The notes beneath the pieces were generated by a model. That model was given only the letters and a program-made list of their open reading frames with translations, made no database searches and was not told where the DNA came from. This document shows, piece by piece, positions 59,184 through 64,000 of a stretch of DNA of 64,000 nt. The position numbers and the translations under genes were made by a program. Origin of the DNA: Desulfosalsimonadaceae bacterium (GTDB lineage Bacteria; Desulfobacterota; Desulfobacteria; Desulfobacterales; Desulfosalsimonadaceae); assembly GCA_046482325.1 (NCBI GenBank), contig JAWOFF010000107.1, positions 1,244 to 65,243 on the forward strand, read 5' to 3'. Position 1 is the stretch's first letter. Each line of letters opens with the position of its first letter.

Positions 59184-59676
59184 TATCAACAGACATGCCA
59201 GGCTGTATCGCCACAGCGGCGGTGGCCCGGGCGGAGCCGGCAGCCCGGGAGGGGGAGATCCGGCGATTTTCTGGCTGCTTATCAAATGGCTCTGCCTGAC
59301 AGCGGCCATCCTGCTGACAGCCTATTTAATCGACGGCATCCACGTGGCGGGATTCGCCCATGCCCTTGGCACCGCAGCCGTACTCAGCGTATTAAACGTG
59401 GTCCTGCGCCCCATCCTGTTTATCCTGACCCTGCCCATCACCATCATGACCATGGGCCTTTTCACCTTTATCCTGAACGCCCTGATGCTCAAGATCGCCT
59501 CCGTCCTGATTCCCGGCTTTTCAGTAATCGGCTTCTGGTCCGCTGTATTCGGGGCCCTCATCATAAGCGTTGTCAACTGGATTCTAAACCTTCTCCTACA
59601 GGACTCGATCAGCAGGACCGGCGGCCCGGAGGACAACACCATTGATCTCAAAAAACACGACGACCACTGGAAATAA
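59158..59676 (+). CDS. DUF360 / phage-holin-4-like (YvlD-type) four-TM membrane protein with a Gly-rich N-terminal extension
   Basis: The core AILLTAYLIDGIHVAGF...VLNVVLRPILFILTLPITIMTMGLFTFILNALML is typical of the family. An alternative start at ATG 59173 is preceded by GGAG. Confidence 0.75.
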   Translation: MEKKSMHININRHARLYRHSGGGPGGAGSPGGGDPAIFWLLIKWLCLTAAILLTAYLIDGIHVAGFAHALGTAAVLSVLNVVLRPILFILTLPITIMTMGLFTFILNALMLKIASVLIPGFSVIGFWSAVFGALIISVVNWILNLLLQDSISRTGGPEDNTIDLKKHDDHWK

Positions 59677-59682
59677 GGACCG

Positions 59683-59706
59683 AAAAAAGCCGGGCCGGCC
59701 GGCGCG
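59683..59706 (-). terminator. rho-independent terminator of the 62879..59730 minus-strand gene string
   Basis: On the minus strand GCCGG pairs with CCGGC (GC-only stem, 5-nt loop), followed by TTTTTT (plus-strand A6 at 59683..59688). Confidence 0.55.
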
Positions 59707-59729
59707 GACCTCCCAGCCCCGCAGCATCT

Positions 59730-61064
59730 TTACGCGAAGAAGTAGCTGCAGGCCAGCACCGCCCCCATAATCCCGGCAAAATCAGCCGTAAGGGCCGCAG
59801 CCATGGTATGCCTGATGCGGCGGACCTGTACGGCCCCGAAATACACGGCAATCACGTAAAAGGTGGTTTCGGTCGAGCCCTGAAACGTGCTGACAAGATA
59901 ACCCACGTAACTGTCCGGGCCCACGGCGGGGTCCTGTATAATCGAGGCCAGAATACCGTATGCCCCGGAGCCGGAAAGCGGCCGAAGAAGCGCCATGGGC
60001 AGGGCTTCCGCCGGGAGGCCGATTTTTGCGGTAAAACCGCCCAAAGCCGCCACCATTGCATCCATTGCCCCGCTTGCCCGGAACATCCCGACGGCCACGA
60101 GGATGGCCACCAGGTAGGGAATAATTTTTACCGCCACCTGAAAGCCGTCCTTCGCCCCTTCCACAAACACCTCATAAATCCTCACCCGCCGGATCAGGCC
60201 GAAAAGGAGAAAGCCGAGCATCAGGGAGGGAATAATCCAGGGCGAGACCCGCCTGCCATAGACCACGGTGAGGGGAATCAGGCAGACAACAACGCCAAGA
60301 GCCAAAAGGCTAACCCAGAGGGGGTAACCGGTGGATACGTCATAGCGGCCGTCTATCTCTCCTTCGGCAGACAGGTCATCGGCAGAGACAGAAGCCGCCT
60401 CATCCCGCCCGCCCCCGAGCCCGTCGCCGGATATCTGCGCCTGCCTGCCCGGCTCCGGTGAGGCAAAGCGGGCATAGAGCTTTGCCGCAATAACGGCCAC
60501 CACTGAGGACCCCATGGTCGCAAGCAGCGTTGTGGGCAGAATCCCCGCGGGGTCGACGGAGCCGGCCGCCGCACGAAGCGCAATAACGCCTGTGGGAAGC
60601 AGGGTAATATTGGAGGTGTTTATGGCCAGAAAAAGGGCCATGGAATCTGTGGCTGTGCCCTTTTCGGGATTCAGCTTGTCCAGCTCCTGCATGGCCCGGA
60701 TGCCGAAGGGGGTGGCGGCATTTCCCAGACCCAGGGCATTTGCTGACATATTCAGAATCATTGCGCCCATCGCAGGATGATCCGGCGGGACATCCGGGAA
60801 AAGACGCACCATGACCGGCCGGATCAGCCGGGATAGAATCTGCAGGAGCCCGCCTTCCTCCGCCACCTTCATCAGGCCCAGAAAAAGGGTCATCACCCCG
60901 ATAAGGCCGATTGCGAGCTCCACCGCGCCGCCGGCCGAATCCACCACCGCCTTCGAGAGCTCCTGGATGGGAAGGCTATCCGCATCCGCGGGCAACCCGC
61001 TTAACTGGCGGATGGCCGCAAAAACAAAAGCAACTGCCACAATGGCAAAAAAAACCGTATTCAT
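59730..61064 (-). CDS. nucleoside-recognition (Gate) domain membrane protein, SpmA/SpmB-like fusion
   Basis: 444 aa polytopic protein with two Gate-like halves separated by a hydrophilic linker. Its start overlaps the methyltransferase stop (ATGA). Confidence 0.75.
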   Translation of the reverse strand: MNTVFFAIVAVAFVFAAIRQLSGLPADADSLPIQELSKAVVDSAGGAVELAIGLIGVMTLFLGLMKVAEEGGLLQILSRLIRPVMVRLFPDVPPDHPAMGAMILNMSANALGLGNAATPFGIRAMQELDKLNPEKGTATDSMALFLAINTSNITLLPTGVIALRAAAGSVDPAGILPTTLLATMGSSVVAVIAAKLYARFASPEPGRQAQISGDGLGGGRDEAASVSADDLSAEGEIDGRYDVSTGYPLWVSLLALGVVVCLIPLTVVYGRRVSPWIIPSLMLGFLLFGLIRRVRIYEVFVEGAKDGFQVAVKIIPYLVAILVAVGMFRASGAMDAMVAALGGFTAKIGLPAEALPMALLRPLSGSGAYGILASIIQDPAVGPDSYVGYLVSTFQGSTETTFYVIAVYFGAVQVRRIRHTMAAALTADFAGIMGAVLACSYFFA

Positions 61065-62125
61065 CAGCGGCTCAGCCCATCTTCTGCTGCCCGGCAGGAA
61101 ACGACAAACCGGTCCGCGCCCTTGCTTTCTATGCGCTCGGGGCGGTGAAACCAGATATCGGTCTCCTGGCGCGTCATAACCGGAAATCCGTAGAAACGGC
61201 TCCTGTATTTTAACTCTTTGCCTTCTGCCAGACGCTGGCGAACAAACTCCTCGTGCCCGGCCAGTCGCTCGGATACGATCTTATTGCCTGCGTCAACGAC
61301 ATTTTCCGCGGCCCTGCGGATGGCCGGAAAAAAACCGGCCTCCAGTTCCAGGCCGATGCTGCTGCGGGCGGCAGCCATGGCTGCAAAACAGGTTGTGCCA
61401 GCGCCCAGAAAGGGATCTAGCACAGTATCACCTGCGACCGAATACATGCTGATCAAGCGGTAGGGCAGATCCAGGGGGAAAGCCCCGGAGCGCGAGCGCA
61501 CCTCTTTTTCCTGCATCTGCTGGCGCGTGCCCTTTAAATCCAGCCAGATATCCGAGAACCACCTGTTTCTCTCTTCCCAGAAAATTGCGCTTCTGTACCG
61601 GCGCGCCTTTTGGGCGGGTGTGACAAAGGCGCGCCTGCCCCCTTTTCGCAGTATGAGGACATACTCATGCTCAAGTGTCACATAAGCTCCCGCCGGGAGC
61701 ATGCCGGAGCCCATGAACTTGTTTGGGGCGTTGGTCTGCTTTCGCCAGAGAATCGCGGGCAGCGGGGAAAGACCGTTTTCATATAGGCTGAGCAGCACCC
61801 GGGCATGATTGGGATACAGCATAAACTCTTCGCCCACTTTCCGGGCTGCATCCCCGATATTGATGCAGGCAAAGCCGCCGGGCCTTAGCACCCGCCCCAC
61901 CTCCTCCCATACCGGGTCCAGCACCCGGTGCATGGCCTCAAAAGCGCGGCTGCCGTCGCCTGCCTCCAGGGCAGCACCAATGCTGCTGTTCTGCCGGATA
62001 AAGGTTTGATCCCACATCTCGATCATGGGATACGGAGGCGAGGTGACCACAAGCTCCACGCTCTCATCGGCCACCGCCCACATCTCACGGGCATCGGCAT
62101 AATACAGGCTGTGCTCGGTCTGCAT
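61064..62125 (-). CDS. beta-class N4/N6 DNA methyltransferase (N6_N4_Mtase family) with no adjacent restriction gene
   Basis: 353 aa. Motif IV is VVTSPPYP near the N-terminus and motif I is VLDPFLGAGTT late in the sequence, the beta-class order. There is a C-terminal extension of about 90 aa. Confidence 0.8.
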   Translation of the reverse strand: MQTEHSLYYADAREMWAVADESVELVVTSPPYPMIEMWDQTFIRQNSSIGAALEAGDGSRAFEAMHRVLDPVWEEVGRVLRPGGFACINIGDAARKVGEEFMLYPNHARVLLSLYENGLSPLPAILWRKQTNAPNKFMGSGMLPAGAYVTLEHEYVLILRKGGRRAFVTPAQKARRYRSAIFWEERNRWFSDIWLDLKGTRQQMQEKEVRSRSGAFPLDLPYRLISMYSVAGDTVLDPFLGAGTTCFAAMAAARSSIGLELEAGFFPAIRRAAENVVDAGNKIVSERLAGHEEFVRQRLAEGKELKYRSRFYGFPVMTRQETDIWFHRPERIESKGADRFVVSCRAAEDGLSR

Positions 62126-62165
62126 AAAACTCTGTGGTGAAAACAGGTTAGGGGGGTTCTCCGGC

Positions 62166-62879
62166 CTATATGTCCTGCGGCTCCCCGCCGCGTTCTCCTT
62201 CGGCCCCGGCTGCTGCCAGGGTATCTCTGACGATCCGCAGGATTTCCTCCGGCGTATCCGCCATCTTCATAATATGGATATCCTCGGGCGAGATCATACC
62301 GTTGCCCAATAACTGGCATTTGATCCAGTCAATCAGGCCGCACCAGTATGCGGAATCAAAGAGAATCACCGGCAGCGGCTTGATCCGGTAGGTCTGAATC
62401 AGAGTTACCGCCTCAAACAGTTCATCCAGCGTCCCGAAACCGCCCGGCATGATGATATAAGCCATGGCATATTTGACAAACATCACCTTTCGGGTGAAAA
62501 AATACTTGAATTCCAGCTTCACATTGGCGTAGTCGTTTGGTTTCTGCTCCATGGGCAGCTTGATGTTCAGGCCTATGGACTGACCGTTGTGGCCGGCCGA
62601 AGCCGCGCCCTTATTGCCGGCTTCCATGATGCCCCCGCCCCCGCCTGTAATCACGGCGAAGCCGTTTTCCACCAGCAGCTCCGCCGTGCGGACGGCAGCC
62701 TGATAGTAATGACATCCGCTGCTCATGCGGGCCGACCCGAAAAGGCTCACAGCCGGCCCTATATCGTGCAGGGTCTCTATGCCGTCCACAAACTCGCCCA
62801 TAATCTTGAACAGGCGCCAGGACTCGCCGAGCTTGAATTCGTCTATCAGATACTGATGTACAGGCTTTCTGTCTTTCAT
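62166..62879 (-). CDS. LOG-family (TIGR00730) nucleotide 5'-monophosphate nucleosidase
   Basis: 237 aa with GGGGGIMEAGNKGA and PGGFGTLDELFE motifs. Confidence 0.9.
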   Translation of the reverse strand: MKDRKPVHQYLIDEFKLGESWRLFKIMGEFVDGIETLHDIGPAVSLFGSARMSSGCHYYQAAVRTAELLVENGFAVITGGGGGIMEAGNKGAASAGHNGQSIGLNIKLPMEQKPNDYANVKLEFKYFFTRKVMFVKYAMAYIIMPGGFGTLDELFEAVTLIQTYRIKPLPVILFDSAYWCGLIDWIKCQLLGNGMISPEDIHIMKMADTPEEILRIVRDTLAAAGAEGERGGEPQDI

Positions 62880-62891
62880 TGGATAAAACTC

Positions 62892-62913
62892 CCTGCCGGC
62901 ATCCTGCCGGCAT
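62892..62913. repeat. perfect tandem duplication of the 11-mer CCTGCCGGCAT containing the palindrome TGCCGGCA
   Basis: Copies at 62892..62902 and 62903..62913. The two 8-bp palindromes can pair as a hairpin with a 3-nt loop. It sits between the glutaredoxin-like stop and the LOG SD/ATG. Confidence 0.8.
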
Positions 62914-62925
62914 CAATCACGCCCG

Positions 62926-63144
62926 TCAGCTTCTGCCCTTAAAGCCGATGGAGACTTCCCCGCCGTCAACAATCACGGGAATCCGGCGGCTGCCGCCGGT
63001 ATACGCCAGCATGGTTTCAAGCTCCTCCCTATCCGCTGACACGTCAATATATTTTACATCCCGGAATTTTTTTTCGTAAGCTTCCCGAGCCGCGCGTGTA
63101 AACGGTCATCTGGATTTGCCGAAAATAATGATGCAGTCGCCCAC
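62926..63144 (-). CDS. glutaredoxin-like protein with in-frame TGA at the first CxxC position (candidate selenoprotein, UPFT site)
   Basis: Hand translation gives (GTG)GDCIIIFGKSR-TGA-PFTRAAREAYEKKFRDVKYIDVSADREELETMLAYTGGSRRIPVIVDGGEVSIGFKGRS-stop. GGAGG lies 4 nt before GTG 63144. The TGA is at 63108..63106. This ORF is not in the six-frame track because of the TGA. Confidence 0.65.
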
Positions 63145-63244
63145 GCCCCCTCCGTCGATATAATTTTATTTGAATTCAATAAGTTGAGGTAAAAGTAAAT
63201 TGTATTTAGGTATCAGCGGCGCAAGAGGATGTCAATGATTTCCT

Positions 63245-63274
63245 TTGACAAAAAGCGGCAAAGCCTGCTATATA
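63245..63274 (+). promoter_or_regulatory. candidate strong promoter of ptsH-ptsI
   Basis: Consensus TTGACA (63245..63250), an 18-nt spacer ending in TGc, then TATATA (63269..63274), an extended -10. Confidence 0.55.
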
Positions 63275-63307
63275 ATTTTAGTTATCATATTGAAAACAAT
63301 CAAAAAG

Positions 63308-63588
63308 ATGCATGAGATAAAAAAGCGCTGAAAAGAAATATTACCATCACCAATGAACTCGGTCTTCACGCAAGGCCCGCCGCAATGGTGGCCGAGTTGG
63401 CGGGCAAAGCCGAATCCAATGTCTGGTTGATCAAAAATGATCAATACGCGGATGCCTCGAGCATCATCGACATCCTCTCACTGGCCTGCTTGCAGGGCTC
63501 AACCATCATCCTTCAAATCGAAGATCCAGCGGATGAAGAAATACTGAATCAGCTTCACGAGCTGTTCCAATCCGGCTTTGGAGAATAA
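63308..63588 (+). CDS. ptsH: HPr-family phosphocarrier protein; the intact reading frame needs a -1 shift (or one extra A) in the A6 run 63319..63324
   Basis: The HPr frame (ALKRNITITNELGLHARPAAMVAEL...ASSIIDILSL) is open from 63316 but has no ATG/GTG/TTG before the His15 motif. ATG 63308 (MHEIKK) is in the +1-offset frame and stops at TGA 63329. The track ORF 63385..63588 starts after the active-site His. Confidence 0.6.
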
Positions 63589-64000
63589 ATGACGCCGAGA
63601 GAACGCGAAATTGTATTAAACGGCATCAGTGGATCGCCCGGGATCTGCATTGGCAAGGCCTATCTTGTGGACCGGGAGGGGGTTGATGTAATAGAGAAGT
63701 ACTACATCCCCGAAGATCAGGTCCCAAACGAAGTTTCACGGTTTAAAAACGCCGCTAAAAAGGCCAAAAACGAACTGGCCCAGGTACTGCAGAGCCTGCC
63801 CGAGGATCTGCGCCAGCAGGCCTATATCCTTGAGACCCACATGCTTTTGCACAAGGACAAGATGCTCTACGGCAAAACCATTGAGCTTATCGAATCCAGC
63901 AGGGTCAATGCCGAATGGGCCCTCAAAGAAGCCACCTCCCGGGCAAAGAACATGTTCGAGGCCATCACAGATCCCTATCTGCGCAGCCGCTCCGCTGATG
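63589..64000 (+). CDS. ptsI: phosphoenolpyruvate-protein phosphotransferase (Enzyme I), 3'-truncated by window edge
   Basis: The ATG follows the ptsH TAA directly. The frame is open to nt 64000 (checked by hand). N-terminus LNGISGSPGICIGKAYL is typical of EI. Confidence 0.85.
   Translation, partial: MTPREREIVLNGISGSPGICIGKAYLVDREGVDVIEKYYIPEDQVPNEVSRFKNAAKKAKNELAQVLQSLPEDLRQQAYILETHMLLHKDKMLYGKTIELIESSRVNAEWALKEATSRAKNMFEAITDPYLRSRSAD

Noticed and set aside
62879-63079. 66-aa plus-strand track ORF
   Set aside because: The opposite strand encodes a coherent glutaredoxin-fold protein across the same bases. The plus-strand ORF has no SD or family resemblance.
1-64000. Search for tRNA, rRNA, CRISPR arrays, transposases, integrases and toxin-antitoxin pairs
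   Set aside because: No T-arm or anticodon-arm-like cloverleaf candidates turned up in the spacers. There are no spaced direct-repeat arrays, and no ORF has recognisable transposase or integrase motifs.

Overview
GC-rich chromosomal window whose gene content looks like an anaerobic, sulfate-reducer-like deltaproteobacterium (Desulfobacterota). That assignment is an inference from gene content only. About 60 protein genes are supportable. I recognised no rRNA, tRNA, CRISPR array, transposase or integrase. Left to right: rplY(partial)-pth; a MITE-like repeat element; K+-independent H+-pyrophosphatase hppA; carD-rluD; one hypothetical gene. Then a long minus-strand block holds an Rnf-type operon (octahaem cytochrome c, rnfC-D-G-E-A, and an rnfB fused to a GltD/NfnB-like flavoprotein), a complete dcw cluster (mraZ-rsmH-ftsL-ftsI-murE-murF-mraY-murD-ftsW-murG-murC-murB-ftsQ-ftsA-ftsZ) and mrpABCDEFG. 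After that come an FAD oxidoreductase, an MBL hydrolase and a thioredoxin-fold protein; a eukaryote-type AdoMet decarboxylase with speE; a split purH; pyk, an RNB ribonuclease, a CNNM/CBS protein and an MscK-like channel; a heterodimeric ABC exporter; fhs; speB-pdaD; a small ORF with a DUF360/holin-like protein; a nucleoside-recognition membrane protein, an orphan DNA methyltransferase and a LOG-family gene; and ptsH-ptsI(partial). Most interesting: (1) the Rnf operon appears re-wired. RnfC has lost its recognisable NADH/FMN glycine motif, RnfB carries a full NAD(P)H/FAD GltD-like module, and an octahaem cytochrome leads the operon. This suggests an ion-translocating NAD(P)H:cytochrome c oxidoreductase rather than ferredoxin:NAD+. 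(2) An unannotated glutaredoxin-like gene (63144..62926, minus) has an in-frame TGA exactly where the first CxxC cysteine belongs, so it is a candidate selenoprotein. (3) ptsH has no usable start unless a -1 shift occurs on an A_AAA_AAG heptamer. (4) A 149-bp TIR element is flanked by 9-bp direct repeats. (5) A eukaryote-type AdoMetDC is present. All motif alignments were done by eye against remembered reference sequences and need computational confirmation.
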